The translations under genes were made by a program, and so were the position numbers. DNA of 64,000 nt, from NCBI RefSeq assembly GCF_022458985.1, contig NC_061789.1, positions 11,543,707 to 11,607,706 of the forward strand, read 5' to 3'. Positions 1-12,439 of the stretch are shown piece after piece. Within the stretch, counting starts at the first letter, position 1. Each line of letters starts with the position of its first letter. The notes under the pieces were generated by a model. It was not told the DNA's origin, searched no databases, and worked only from the letters and a program-made list of their open reading frames with translations. The DNA is from Mugil cephalus (Eukaryota).

Positions 1-46
1 GCTCCAGCTGGAACTCACTCAGCCACTGATAGATGGCTTCTGCATC
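1..46 (-). CDS. caskin2: caskin2 exon (partial; continues beyond window start): SAM-domain region beginning DAEAIYQWLSEFQLE
   Basis: Acceptor ccgtgtttcag|GATGCAGAAGCC on the minus strand. Translation matches human CASKIN2 DAQAIHNWLSEFQLEGY. The exon runs off the window start. Confidence 0.7.
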
Positions 47-201
47 CTGAAACACGGAGACAAGAACAAAGACTCAGGAAGATCCATTTGAGACCAGCCA
101 GTTAGACGTGAAATTAATGTAAACGTCCACCACCGTGTGTTTTGTGTCATTTTAGCATCTTCTCATCTGTGTGACGCTGAGCCTCTTGTTCCAGTCCTTA
201 C

Positions 202-324
202 CTTCCCCTCCAGCAGCTGCTGAGGACGGACAAACTGCTGGGAGAAGCCCTGCTCTGCAGGCCTCTGCACCGTCACCGTCTGCCTGCGAGGAGTCCCACC
301 TGGAGGATGGCAACACTTCAGATA
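202..324 (-). CDS. caskin2: caskin2 exon: YLKCCHPPGGTPRRQTVTVQRPAEQGFSQQFVRPQQLLEGK
   Basis: Donor gaag|gtaagg. The C-terminal part matches human GEQIFTQDVRPEQLLEGK. The 5' boundary (acceptor cagag|) was chosen by phase and is less certain. Confidence 0.55.
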
Positions 325-1037
325 CTCTGAGCAACCAAATGGAGTTTGATTTATTTCTATACCATGTAACGTTCCTATCAGGAGATAAATGAAGGGAATG
401 GAACTGACAGAAACACGTTTGGATGCCTGAAAACATCAAGTAGCTTCAAGCAGCACCAGCTAATGATGCACAGCTGGTTTAAAAGTGAGTGAAGTACCTG
501 CAGGATGATCGGGATGTTTGTCTGCCGAGTGTCCAGCATCAACAGCAGAGGGCGCCGGCTGCACACAAACATCAAAACTACAGTCAGTCAAAAGTAATGA
601 ACTGAAGAGAGACTGAGGGAACTACATCAGCTACAACAAAACAGATGACCAGACATGATGAAAGACATGTCCTGGTAAGTCATCGGAACAAAATGTTGCA
701 GAATTATCGGGATTTAATGTGAAATCAAACTTTCTAAGACGCAGTGCTTCTGTTTAAAACAAAAGCCAGGATATTTGTATGTGGAGGAGGTGAGGTGATT
801 TGAATATGGCCTGTTTTGTTGTGTGATATATAATTAAACCTGAATAAATGTATAGCTCCTCCTGTAATTTGCAACAACACAACTATCAGTGGATTACTGT
901 GACACTGAAGAAAACTTAAAATGTGAAGATTCTCAAGCAGGTTCTGAACGGCCTTTTTGTTTTTAGATGCACTGTCACTTGTTTGTCTGCCTTCGTTGAA
1001 CGGAGCTCATGACTCGTCAACAGAAGTCTGATTGTAC

Positions 1038-1168
1038 CTTGTTGTCATGGTGACCGGTGTTGTGTTGGAGTCCGTTGGGTGCGTTGTTGCTCTCAGTGCT
1101 CTGTCCGCTGCCGGCGCTGCGTGTACTCCCAACGCTGCCGGTGCTCCCGACACTGTTTCTGTCTCCAG
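1038..1168 (-). CDS. caskin2: caskin2 exon: (A)[43 protein letters not shown]
   Basis: Acceptor ttttttttgcag|CTGGAGAC and donor aag|gtacaa. Matches human [26 protein letters not shown]. Length and phase are consistent (131 nt). Confidence 0.8.
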
Positions 1169-2039
1169 CTGCAAAAAAAAACCCCAAAAAAAACAAAAAA
1201 AACAAGAATGAATTCCTGATATCCCGCTCAGGACACTCACGTCAGCACGGGAGGATCGGCGTCAGGCTCAAGGAAGCAGCAGATGCTCTTGGTCGAGGCC
1301 AACAAGCCTGCAGGGGCCGGAGGGTGGCGATGGGAGTGTCGACGGGAATGTGACGGCCAGGATGCAAGGAGCACAGCTGCGGGTGCACGTGTCCGACCGT
1401 GAAAAATGTAGCTGGGAATTTTCATTCTCTAAACACTTAACAATCCATGAAAAGAGGCTCATCTTTAGGAGCAAACAGCTGGGAGACTTCTCAGACTGAA
1501 ACAACCTGATATTCTCTCTGGAAGCTTCACTGTGTTTGTAGAAAGGCCTCATGTCAGGTTCAGAGGACTCTTAGCATGACCTGCTTTTGTTCATCAGTGA
1601 CTAAGCATAACAAGAGTTCACAGAGCACAGTTGCTTTCAGTTCTAAAAAGCTAGTCCCCACCAACATAAACTGGAGGAAATGTGTTCTTCAAACATGCAC
1701 ACAGATTCTACTGAAGCCTTTATCAGCAACATCACAAGATGCTGACTACATGTCTAAAGAATGAGAACAGGGACGGGCTTCTGTCGCCCCCTGGTGGCAG
1801 CAGTGAGGAGGACGAATAGCCAGACGCTCTGAAGCACATAACAGTGAATCATACACATTGTTCAGACCCAACACACTAAGACGACCTTAGTCCTTCAGCT
1901 TCACCTGTCGTTATTATTGTGTGACGTCCTCCTAGTTTTAGTCAGCTCCTGTTGGCTGACGCTCGCTCCATTTAGTATTTAACATTCCTTGAGGAACGTG
2001 TGTGTTAACTTTGGAAGTTCATATGTGCGTTTGACAATG

Positions 2040-2560
2040 AAGCGACAATGAGGTGACGTGAGAAAATGAGGCAACTTCAACACGTGGCATCACACGACTC
2101 TATATTAATGAAAAATGGTGTGAGCCGACTGAAGTGACGTGAGGAGACTACAGAAAATGTGATGTTATTTCAGTTTAAATATTTTATTGTGAAATGTCAT
2201 AATGAAAGTGAGTGGAAATGATGTGAAGCCACTTGAGATAATGTAAAACAACATGATGATATAAAATAACAGTCTAATGAAAGGTGACTTGCTATTATGT
2301 CAATATAATGTAAAATGACACGTGATTCAAGATCATGTGACGGAAGTTGAGACGATGCAAAGTGACTTCAGATAATGTTAAGCAACTTGAGAGGTCGAAA
2401 AATGATGTGAAGCCACTGGAGATGATGTAAATGTTATGATGTAATGCGACAATGTGAAATTACACAATAATGTGAAGCGTCTGGAAATAATATGCAGCTA
2501 CTTGAGACAATGTGAAACAACATGAGATCATGAACAGCGGTGGGATGGGATAATGTTCAT
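2040..2560. repeat. Minisatellite, ~33 bp unit (aatgtgaagccacttgagataatgtaaaacaac-like)
   Basis: More than 12 degenerate tandem copies, each containing 'gtgaagc…cttgaga…atgt'. Lies in a caskin2 intron. Confidence 0.7.
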
Positions 2561-2810
2561 GAGGCAGTGTGGCTAAAATAAAATAATGGAGACAGGAACT
2601 GACGTGATAGCAAAGCGTGATATTTGGTGAAGCGAGGATGACGGGAGGCGCAGCGACGTAACAAATAAATAGACACCGGCGTCACGTCAGGCTGACAGAG
2701 TTGTCTTTGGTGGTCTTGGTGTGTGGGGTCCTGATGCAGAGCGTTGAGCGGGGGCAGCGATGCAGCTTCAGAACAGCCAGGTAGGAGGAGCTGTTGTTCG
2801 CGACTCTTAC

Positions 2811-2918
2811 CATAACACGCGTCCCTGAGGACCCAGATGTCCTCGAAGGGACACCCGGACTGAGACAGGCGGCTCGGAGACAAACCTATCGGACACAAAG
2901 ACTCTGGTGGACTTGGTT
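2811..2918 (-). CDS. caskin2: caskin2 exon: (E)PSPPESLCPIGLSPSRLSQSGCPFEDIWVLRDACY
   Basis: Acceptor cttccccctcccccgacag| and strong donor tatg|gtaaga. The phase links the flanking exons (1 nt in, 1 nt out). Contains the Caskin-family EDIWVLR-type motif. Confidence 0.6.
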
Positions 2919-3314
2919 CTGTCGGGGGAGGGGGAAGCCTGACTGAGGAGGTGAGTTGTGTTACAGGACACAGATAAGAGAGGAAAAGGGTTCGTGTGTG
3001 TGCGTGTGGTGATCGTTGGACGAGCTGAGGCTCCTTCAGCGACATCAACATCCTTTCTTCACAAAACAGTTCTCGTTTAAAACACACTTCCACACACCAT
3101 TCGTTATTTCGAGCCCAATCACACCAGAGAGCGTGGGTGTTTGATATGGTGACGACTGACAACGATGGACTTTGTCCACCGAATGCTGCAGAGTCACTGA
3201 AGAGAACATGTTTCAATAGAATCGTATATGTGTGATCAGGCTCCTAAACGCTCGGTACAGCTTTTGTTCTTCGGTGCCGGTTGTTCTGCAGAGTGCGTTT
3301 GTGTGTGCGTATAC

Positions 3315-3488
3315 CTGCGCTGGTAGTGAGGCCGTTGGCTAGCGGCAGCACCACGTGGGTGGGGGGGGCGTACAGGGTGTAGGAGTCGTCGGTCTGAGGG
3401 GCGGAGCTGAGGCTGGAGGAGAGGGGGGCTCTGGGCAGCAGCTGCTGGCGCTGGTTGGGCAGAGAGGCGTGCCGGGACAGGGTGCCCC
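3315..3488 (-). CDS. caskin2: caskin2 exon: Pro/Ser-rich linker GGTLSRHASLPNQRQQLLPRAPLSSSLSSAPQTDDSYTLYAPPTHVVLPLANGLTTSA
   Basis: Acceptor catgtag|GG and donor gcag|gtatac. The phase is compatible with the flanking exons. Loose similarity to the human CASKIN2 post-SH3 linker (…PLTYSQLPRVGLSP…). GC-rich coding-like composition. Confidence 0.55.
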
Positions 3489-3934
3489 CTACATGGCAAG
3501 ACGGGGCGGGAGGAGGAGGAGGAGGGGAGGAGGAGGGGGAGGAAAGGGAGGTTATCAAGCTGATGGTTAGAGGTGGAGGTCAGTCATTATGTGATATGGA
3601 TGGACAGATGAATGCAGCAGGAAGGAGAGAGGAGCATGGGATGTCTGCAAGCGGGGGGGTTAGTTTTAAACTCAGGGAGGAAGGGGCTCCGTCCGTCAAC
3701 ATGGCCGACTACAGGAAGTCATGATGAGTTCATAAGGAGCTCGGACCAACACGTATTCACAGCCTCATTTATGTCGTATTAAAAGAAATCAATAAACAAA
3801 CAACCCTCGCTTCTTTAAAATGTTAGAGTCGAAATAGAGCGGAAAACAGAGTCTGAAGTGATGATGTCTGAAAGGAAACAAGACTGAACAGAGACTTCGT
3901 CCACCACCGGGCAGAGAAGAAGACGTGGACTGAC

Positions 3935-4052
3935 CGTTCCTCCTGCTGATCACCTCCACGATGGACGGGGGGAAGAAGCCCACTCTGTCCGTCCCTCTCT
4001 GGCTGTCGTGGATGTGGCCCTTCCAGCGTCCGTCCACGTGCTGCTCCAGCAC
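3935..4052 (-). CDS. caskin2: caskin2 exon: SH3 domain part [39 protein letters not shown]
   Basis: Acceptor cctcacag|GTGCTGGAG and donor aacg|gtcagt. Matches human [37 protein letters not shown]. Confidence 0.85.
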
Positions 4053-4494
4053 CTGTGAGGGGACACGGGGGCGTCAGTGGGTTCGCGTCCGCGCTCGGAC
4101 TTTTCCGCTGCTCGTACAAGAAGAAGAAGAACTTCCTTCGCCTTTACTGTAAACATCCGCGATCTTGCAAAACATACGCAGGTCTCGACACGAAACAAAA
4201 ACCTTCCTCGCATTCATCACCTGCATGACTCAACGCTTCTGACAGACTAACAGGAAGTCGGAGTGTCTGTGGTTAGTCCGCTGTGACAGTAAGTCGGTCT
4301 GCGGTTAGTTCACTTTCGCCGGCGGGACGGCAGAGAGCCTCTGACTGAACAAACACGCCCTACCTCAGCCCGGCTCAGACACTCATGACCTCTCACAACG
4401 GGTTTTGTCGATCGTATCCCCGAGTACGTCATGCAACAGCTGTGTTAGGTTTTACGGTCTCAAATGTCTGCGTCTGGTCTCCGATGGGCCTCAC

Positions 4495-4589
4495 CGTGAT
4501 GATGTCTCCGGCTCGGATGTTGAGAGCAGTGGGATCGTGGAGGTTCCAGTAGTCCTTCAGAGCCCTGACCTGCAGAACACCTGTCGCAT
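4495..4589 (-). CDS. caskin2: caskin2 exon: (D)[31 protein letters not shown]
   Basis: Acceptor cttgacag|AT and donor acg|gtgagg. Matches human [32 protein letters not shown]. Confidence 0.8.
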
Positions 4590-5458
4590 CTGTCAAGACA
4601 ACAGAAATAGGAAATATTACATGTGGATATATCAGCTGCTAGCTTTCCCCCCTCGACACGGCACTTCAGTGATTTAAGTAATTTTGTGGTTTGTCATGTC
4701 CCAGTTAAGGATAAGGTTTACGACATTCTTCAAATTCACTCGACTTTATTTTGAAAGTTTCCGTGCTTGCGCAAAGATCCCGAGATGAGATGAAGGGCCT
4801 GATGAGAAATTGAAGGAGACAGTTCTGGATGTAAGTAAACACAGATTTTATTTCCATCTGATGAAAACAGAAGCTGAAATACACTCGACATAGTTCCAGC
4901 GACATTCCTCCTGACTCATTCCTCCCAGATTCTGTTCCCACAGAGAGGTGACTGCTACACAGCCTCTAACACGACACATCAGTAATTAATCCAAAGCGCG
5001 TGCCGGCTGAGCGTTATTCATCTTCCCCTCTGAACAAGTAAACAAGACGGGAAAGTCTCCATCCATGTTTAAATCACTTCTTCAACACAACCGCTCATTA
5101 TTCCCTCCGTCTGTTCCCACAGGAACTTCAAACGGCTGCAGGATTACAGAGCGCGCTCACTACCAGCTCACTCACACACTGTATATACAGCACTGCTAAA
5201 TTTGAGACTGGATCTGTTCTTTGAAGCTTTGAGAACTGACAGATAAGAGTTTAACGTTACATAACCCAAATTTTAAACAAAGCTGCAGTTTGAATTGCAG
5301 CTTATAGAGTCAATGTGTCAGCTCAGAAACTCACACGGAGGTCGTATTTTTTAACAAAAGTTCCGCAATATTTCCTTAAAATTACCTTAAATTTTTTAAT
5401 TTAAAAAAAAAAAAAAAATATTTCCAAAAATAAACGCCAAATGAGTGTTTCTTCTGAC

Positions 5459-5567
5459 CTCGCAGCAGCTGCTTGATGTCCTTGCTGGCGTGCGACGTGG
5501 TGAACTGGTTGACGATGTCCAGCGCCGTCTGGTTGTAGGTGTTTCGGATGTTTACGTCCACTCCGGC
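5459..5567 (-). CDS. caskin2: caskin2 exon: ankyrin repeat 6 [36 protein letters not shown]
   Basis: Acceptor cacccaag|GCCGGA and donor cgag|gtcaga. Matches human [37 protein letters not shown]. Confidence 0.85.
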
Positions 5568-5879
5568 CTTGGGTGCACAACAACATACAACACTTCCTGT
5601 CTTCACACTCAAGTTTGGTTCATGGTTTTCATTTAAAAGCAATTACTCTGGAAATACGCCGTTTTCCCTATGGGGTCTTGTTAAAGACCGAGCTGATGTT
5701 ACATCACTGAACTGAAATGTTGCTGCAGGGAAAAGAAAGATGAAGTGCAAGCCTCTCTTCTGGGGTTTCGTGCCGTTTTATCTAATCTGAATCCTTAGGA
5801 ATCTCTAATTGAATCTCATTAGTTTTAACTTTCATCATTATCTAAAGTCTCAAATTACACTCCCATAAAATGTTAAAAT

Positions 5880-6540
5880 ATAGTATACACTATTGCAGAT
5901 AATGCAGCAATGACGTCAGCCTCAGCAAGATAAAAAGTTAGCTGCTAAGCTAGCCTAAAAATTGCTTTTTTAGCCCAAATTAAATTAGCCTCAACAATAT
6001 CATGTCGCTAAGTTGCCTCATAAGATGTTATCTGCTACATTAGCCTATGGTGGCTAACGACAGCTGTTACAATATCCTAAAGAAAAATGATAATGTTGGC
6101 TGCTATATTAGTGTAAACAAAATAGCTAAAATTAGCTACAAAATTAGCTTAAAAGGTAAAATGCTAGCTGCTGCATTAGCCTAAACTATACAGTGTCAGT
6201 TGCTAAGTTGCATAATAAGATGATAGCTGCTACATTAACCTTAACAAGAATGGTAATGTTGGCTGTTATATTAGATGAAACAAAATAGCTAAAATGAGTT
6301 ACAAGATTAGCTTAAAACATAAAATGTTAGCTGCTGCATTAGCCTAAACTATACAGTATCAGTTGCCAAGTTGCCTAATATTTTAATGTTGGCTGTTATA
6401 TTAGCTGAAACAAGATACCAAGTATTAGCTGACATTATAGTAGCCTAAGAAATATAATATTAGCTGTTACACTAATGTCAGATGCTAACTGCTAAATCTG
6501 CGGGAACGGACTATGTTAGCCACTATGTTAGCACAAAAAG
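5880..6540. repeat. TAGC-rich tandem satellite (~130-180 bp higher-order unit built from …attagc/gctaa… motifs)
   Basis: Recurring blocks such as aatgttggctgttatattag(a/c)tgaaacaa(a/g)atagctaaaat and gctgctgcattagcctaaactatacagt(g/a)tcagttgc(t/c)aagttgc. Lies in a caskin2 intron. Confidence 0.8.
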
Positions 6541-6872
6541 AATATTTTTTCTACTACTGTAGTTCAAAGTTTGTCATCCCACAGCGGCCCCCTACTGACC
6601 TGGGCCTTGCCTTTTGAGAAGCGCCATCTCTTGATGAGATAATATTAGACGCTAGGCATATTTCCTAAACATTGCTATTGCATCATCAGAAAGTGACACC
6701 AAACAAACTGTTATCAATCATGATAAAGAACACTACAGGAAATGCTTCCTGCCATCCACCTGTTCAACTCCTCATCTGTATTGGTATCCATTTTCTTTTC
6801 ACGACAGTTTCATTTTTTTTCAAATTCTACCTACCCATCCACTTTGCTCTATATATTCTGACATTAACTCAC

Positions 6873-6981
6873 GTCCAGCAGCAGTCGGACAACTTCAGTC
6901 TTCCCGTACAGCGACGCTTCGTGCAGAGCCGTTCCAGACTTGGTGGTCTTGTTGATGTCAATACCGGCTTTCAGCAGCAAT
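6873..6981 (-). CDS. caskin2: caskin2 exon: ankyrin repeat 5 (R)[36 protein letters not shown]
   Basis: Acceptor ttgttttag|ATTGCTG and donor ctggac|gtgagt. Matches human [36 protein letters not shown]. Confidence 0.85.
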
Positions 6982-7516
6982 CTAAAACAAGCAGAGATAA
7001 ACATGATCCACATCCTGGAACTGAGCGGAGAGCTTCCCAGAAGAGTTTTCATTTATTTTTCCTGTTTTAGATTCACCCCACCTCGGGCCGTTGTTTCGAA
7101 AAGCGGGCAAGCTGTCGAACGCTACGATTTCCCCTGCCAAACCCTCTCGGTTAAGTGTTTTTAATTGCTTTATGTGCCACGCTATTTCGCAGGCGGCCTG
7201 TGTGGTGACTGTCAGGGTGAGTTTTCTGTCTGCAGAGATGTCGAGATGTTGAAATCTGAGGGCAGGGCTCCCGTGGTTTGCGGCCTCCAACCGCTGAGCC
7301 GGCACGTTTTCACGGAGATGTGGAGCATGAACCCTGGAGCTGGCTTCTACATGCCTCAGATTTAAAACACAATGCCTACAAACCCAGTTTTGCAGTTTTT
7401 CACCTCAGCCTGGACAACAAGTGCCGGTAAAAGGTCAAAACTCTCAGTCTCCTTACATGTGTGAAGCCAGTTTGACTCGAGCTATGAACTGATGCAGCGA
7501 GTCTCTCTTATCTCAC

Positions 7517-7647
7517 CGTATGATGTCTTTATGTCCGTTGCGGGCGGCGAGGTGCAGTGGAGTGGTGAAGGCCGAGTCAGTCGGCTCCTTCCTCTCCCCT
7601 TCCAGCAAAGCCACGACCATGTTACTGCTCAGCAAGAGCTGGGCCAC
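7517..7647 (-). CDS. caskin2: caskin2 exon: ankyrin repeat 4 [43 protein letters not shown]
   Basis: Acceptor ctctcag|GTGGCCCAG and donor atacg|gtgaga. Matches human [44 protein letters not shown]. Confidence 0.85.
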
Positions 7648-7994
7648 CTGAGAGGGGGAGAAACGGTAATAAAACCACTATTAACCACTCTGCAATAAAC
7701 GTGTTGTTGAAATAGAAGTTGAAACATCCAGTTTGCTGCTACTTTCGGTTGTCGAACACCTGTATTTCTTCACTCGAGTTTAACGTGCCTCCTCTTTGGA
7801 TGGCGTAGCACTTGGAACGGGAGCGGCAGGCGGTTTTAATAAAGAAAAGTATCTCTGGCTTTATGAGCACAGAAAAGAGCCAGCGAACATTTTCTAAACA
7901 TGATGAACGCTTCAGTTTTGGCCGAGGAGGTTAACGGAAACACAGCAGCTGCCGTCGACACACCCCGACATCACTGAGCGGCAGCTGAGGCCAA

Positions 7995-7996
7995 AA

Positions 7997-8040
<44 letters not shown>
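7995..8040. repeat. (CA)n microsatellite
   Basis: gcgcacacacacac…cacacacc, about 22 dinucleotide units. Confidence 0.95.
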
Positions 8041-8041
<1 letters not shown>

Positions 8042-8706
8042 GTACTTCTATCGCTGTGAGGACTCTGACGCCAAAACCTAAAGCTTCTTGTTCGAATAAA
8101 ACAAATCCAACAAAATGTAAAATCGAGGCTGTTAGATATCGATAAAAAATACGACACAGAAAGCGCTCCCACGAATGGTGCCGAGGCTGTCGGCTGTTAA
8201 TTACTGGCAGAAAGAAATAACAAATTAAATTAATGAAATAAACCTTACTGAAAACCTGCATATCATACATATATAAAAAAACACACTGTCCTCACAAACA
8301 TACAACACTCGCTGCGACTCTAAAGATATCTCAGTGTGAACCAGCTGTGGAGGGGATCAGGCTTCACTTTCATGTCTCATTTAACAAACTCACACAAGTC
8401 AAAACAAAGAGGTCCAAGAGTTACAGATGACAGTGAAGGCAGCACTCAAGCAGAAATTGCCCTCGGCTTCATTTTCATTTGTTTTTCTTTCTTTCTTTCT
8501 TTTTTTTTTTCTTAAAAATACATTTGAATATTTTTTTTTTTATTTGGTAATATCCCCTTTTTTTCTGTCAATTCGTTTATTTTATTGCCTCCATCTCGAA
8601 CCAGATGTCATAATAAAAATAATAAATAGTAATGCCATTAAAATTGTCAAGAAGCCTCAATTTAACGCTCTATATTTTTCTGGTTAAAATATAAGAACAC
8701 GCTCAC

Positions 8707-8802
8707 CTTGACTCGTCCAAATTCACACGCCAGGTCAAGAGGGGTCTTCTTGGCCTTGTTGACCAGACAAGGGTTGGACTGATGCTGCAGCAGCATCTCA
8801 GA
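8707..8802 (-). CDS. caskin2: caskin2 exon: ankyrin repeat 3 [32 protein letters not shown]
   Basis: Acceptor tttttttttcag|TCTGAG and donor aag|gtgagc. Near-identical to human CASKIN2 [32 protein letters not shown]. Confidence 0.9.
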
Positions 8803-9868
8803 CTGAAAAAAAAATACATTTAACCAGCAGGAAATGATTCTTGACTGGTTCAAAATCTAAACTTTTTACAATTTTTATGGCTACAATAAAGCAACGTGCA
8901 TTTTTACTTGTAATTAGCTTGGTTTCCGACATTAAGACACCAGGAAGAAGAGAAGTCAAATAAGGAATCAACATTGTGGATAAATGAGCTTCGTTAATCC
9001 GCCAACTCTGCAGCTGAAGACTGAAATGATTAGAGCTGAACGAGGACCCTTCCCGGCTTCGACTTAATAAAGATAATGAACTGACCAATCCTGTAAACTA
9101 AGCTTTAATCAGACGCCCAGAGCAGCGGGGGGCTACAGATACAAACAGGGCTGCTTTGGTTCACCTACATTCACCCGAGTCTGACCTAAAAAATACCAGA
9201 AGGGCCGTGTGACGGCAGGAGACAAATCAGACGGCGGGATTAAAAATAAATAAATAAAACGAATAACAGCAGCGTCTATTTGATCAAAACATCCCCGCCT
9301 GCTTTTTCACATCTGTGCTGCCGAGGCACCAAACTCACAAACAGGGTCACTGATAATCAGCCCAAATCCTGCTCGTTAGCGTCGCCTGAATCCCCACAAA
9401 TCACAAATCCTGCCCAGCGTCTTTCCTCCTTCATCACTCTCCTCTTTTATTTATTTAGTTATTTATAGTTAAAGCCTCCGTGGTGGTCTTTTTTTTTTTT
9501 GGGAGGACACAGAAAACATTTCAGACAGGACTGAAGAAGCTACTTAAATGAGCCATGGTGCATTTTAAGGCACAAATTAAAACACTAAAAGTAACAAAAA
9601 AAAGTGACTGAGGAAGCAACCGAAGCTAAGAGAAGCTACAAACTGACTCCGATGTCAAGGCCTTCGATTTAATGTCTTCTACAAATAATTCAAAATGGAG
9701 GCAGCAGAAGACATAACAGATTACCGTCTCCATTTCTTCTTTCTCAAACTTTTTTCATTCATGACGTCTCCAGTCTGACCTCAATAGATACAGACACAAT
9801 GAGGTAGAAGACTTGCAGCACTGACATTTTAAAGACGTTTTGGTTCATCACATTATAAGGCAGACACA

Positions 9869-10180
9869 TACACCGATCAGGCATAACATTATGACCACCT
9901 TCCTAATATTGTGTAGGCCTCGCTTGTGTCTCCAAAACAGTTGTGACTCATCAGAGAATGGACCTTCTGAGGGTGTCCTGTGAATGTTGTTAGTTCGGGC
10001 CTTTGGGTCCTATGGGTTTTGGGTCCTATGGGGCCTCTGTGGATAATCTCACAGATACTTGATCAGTTTGGGATCTAGTGAATTTGGAGTCCAGGTCAAC
10101 ACCTTGTGTGGTTGACCCGTTTTTTTAAATTTGCTCCTAAACATCTCCTGTCAGTGGTTTTAATGGGATGCCTGATCAGT
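9869..10180. mobile_element. Tc1-derived MITE-like element (~310 bp) with inverted terminal repeats
   Basis: Starts TA|CACCGATCAGGCATAACATTATGACCAC and ends …GGTTTTAATGGGATGCCTGATCAGTG, which is the inverted repeat. The internal sequence matches the 63.7 kb Tc1 end. It lies in a caskin2 intron 55 bp from the splice donor of exon 10235-10380. Confidence 0.7.
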
Positions 10181-10234
10181 GCGAGTCCAACTGCCCAAAA
10201 ACCTCCCAGTCCTCACGAGAAACTGTCGACTCAC

Positions 10235-10380
10235 CACTTCGTAGTGCCCATACTGAGCCGCCAGGTGCAGAGGGATGTGTCCGTCCAGCGACACGCCGTT
10301 AACCGAAGCTCCGGAGCGAAGCAGCATCAGGACAGATTCAGATTTACCCTGCCAGGCTGCATAGTGCAGGGGACGCATTC
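10235..10380 (-). CDS. caskin2: caskin2 exon: ankyrin repeats 2-3 [48 protein letters not shown]
   Basis: Acceptor cgttgcag|GAATGCGT and donor gtg|gtgagt. Matches human [48 protein letters not shown]. Confidence 0.9.
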
Positions 10381-10493
10381 CTGCAACGCACGTCGCCAAC
10401 AGCCCGTCAATCGCAGCCACAAATACACATCGGCTTATCATGAATTTTGAACGTTCATATAGTGTCAGTCGACTGTCTGTGTGGGTCTCTAAC

Positions 10494-10591
10494 CGTTGCT
10501 GTCCTTGACGTCCACGGTGGCCTGAGCCTCCAGCAGCGCCGACAGCAGCTCTGCGGTTCCTGTGAGGGCGGCGTGGTGCAGCGCCGAGAAC
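10494..10591 (-). CDS. caskin2: caskin2 exon: ankyrin repeat 1 [32 protein letters not shown]
   Basis: Acceptor cctccatcag|GTTCTCGG and donor aacg|gttaga (weak GT donor). Matches human [34 protein letters not shown]. Confidence 0.8.
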
Positions 10592-12439
10592 CTGATGGAG
10601 GTCAGAGGTCAAAGAGAGAGAGAGGGAGTGAGAGAGAGTGCAATCCTCAGCTAACCTCAATTTACAAACAGGCAGCAAGATTACGACATACTGACATTTC
10701 TGCCATTGTACTGGAAATATCAGCGAAAAAAACAGGCATCTGGATTTATTTTCGTATCGTTACAACTAGAGATTGACCGATGTATCGGGCCGATATTTGT
10801 GTTTTTCACTGGTATCGGTATAATGATACATTTATTTATTTTTTTTCCCCTTTTACAGTCATCCACAGGTAGCCCTGTGCTGCTGGAGACGCTGCGGACC
10901 ACCGACTGTATGTATTATGGACACACTCCTCGTGACATCACCCACTGGATTCTGAACGTTGAAAATGAAGCCCGGAGGGAGCGTAGCCCATGGTCGGCAT
11001 GTTGGATGAGCTTTATTCCGAGAAATACACTATTGATAACAAATTGTTTTTTGTACCAGGCTGTGAACATGTTTAATATTGCTGTAAAGTTGAACTGGAC
11101 TCAAGCAGCCACTTGGTGAACTGCAATTGTTTTGCCATTCCGCATGGACTTCATTGCTCAGACTCAGAGGTTGCTGCAGACCCGTGCAGCCCATACATTG
11201 CCCCTCCCCCACTAGCAGAGTGTGTGCAGCTGGGAACTGGAAAATGCTTGTGGTCTACCTATTTTACCTGTTTATTTAGTACCTTAGTTATTTAGTAAGA
11301 GTGTTAAATATTCTTTGAGATCCACAAATGTTTTTGCTTTAACTGAGACTTGAACATTTGTTATCAACATGTCATTGTTATCATGTAAATGGGAGGAGGA
11401 AAAGCAGTATTGGCTCCATATATAAAAATCAGCGGCACATATTGACCATCGGCCAAGGCTGATATAAAAAAAAAAATCGGCATTGGCCCTGAAGAGATTT
11501 ATGACTTGTAAGTCATTTGTAGCCTTAATGTGAATAGAAACCTACAGGATGCAGACCCACCAAAAGACACTACATTGTTCAGAACATCAATTAATTTTGA
11601 GGCCTGAGGAGAAAATGTTGCACAATAACGGTTGATTATTAGCTCACACTGATCCGCCAAGTTGCAGTAAACAAAATCCATTAAATGTGGACTTCCTGTT
11701 GTGTTTAATGTTGCGTGTCTGACACTGAATACTCTGGCGATCTCTGTGGGTATGAATAGTCTCCCACAAAGGCGTCGCTTTAAGAGCCTGACAAAGAGAC
11801 ATATGTCTCAGATTGCATGAAAAGCCCTTCACATTCCCAGTGTTGACTGTAAGCGGACAAAACGCGCCACATCAGTTCGTAGCGCTGTAAATACAATAAA
11901 TAACAGAGCAGAGTCTGGGAGGAAAAAACTGGCGACTGCCGTTTTGTTTTTAATTTTGTTCAAATTAACACGTCCCATCCATTTGATTCACTGCTGAATC
12001 AGAGCTGCTGTGTCTGGACACGCTGCTGTATGAATGAACCAGAGGGAGGAGGAAGATGATTGTGTTACACAGTGAGTCACAAAGAGACCTGCACATACAG
12101 GTAACCTGCAACACCTGGGAACACAGCAGAATATCAGACACACCTTCCTCCCTGAAACATCTGCTGCCAGCTGAGTGACTGTGTGGACGCAGGGATCTAA
12201 CGTCTCCTCTCATGTCAACAAGCTGCTTATTAAAGTATCAGACAAAGGCAGCTCTTAGAATTATCAACAACTTAAAAGCTACGAGTATGTGAAATCAGAG
12301 CTGCCGTTGTTTTGTTATTAATAAAGGCGCGTTGGCACTTTATATACAGCCACAACATTAAGACCACTAAATAAATAAATAACGTTGATCATCTTGCAGC
12401 AATTCTGCCTGGAAAATTGGACCTGGCATTTGTGCGGAT

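Noticed and set aside
2557-3216. 219-aa minus-strand ORF
   Set aside because: Mostly intronic read-through. Only the 2811-2918 segment is a caskin2 exon with proper splice sites; the rest lacks homology.
6672-7070. 132-aa plus-strand ORF
   Set aside because: Antisense to the caskin2 ankyrin exon 6873-6981 and its flanking intron, with no homology.
10160-10678. 172-aa minus-strand ORF spanning the caskin2 ankyrin region
   Set aside because: It reads through an intron and an unrelated frame. Only 10235-10380 is real coding sequence; 10494-10591 is in a different frame.
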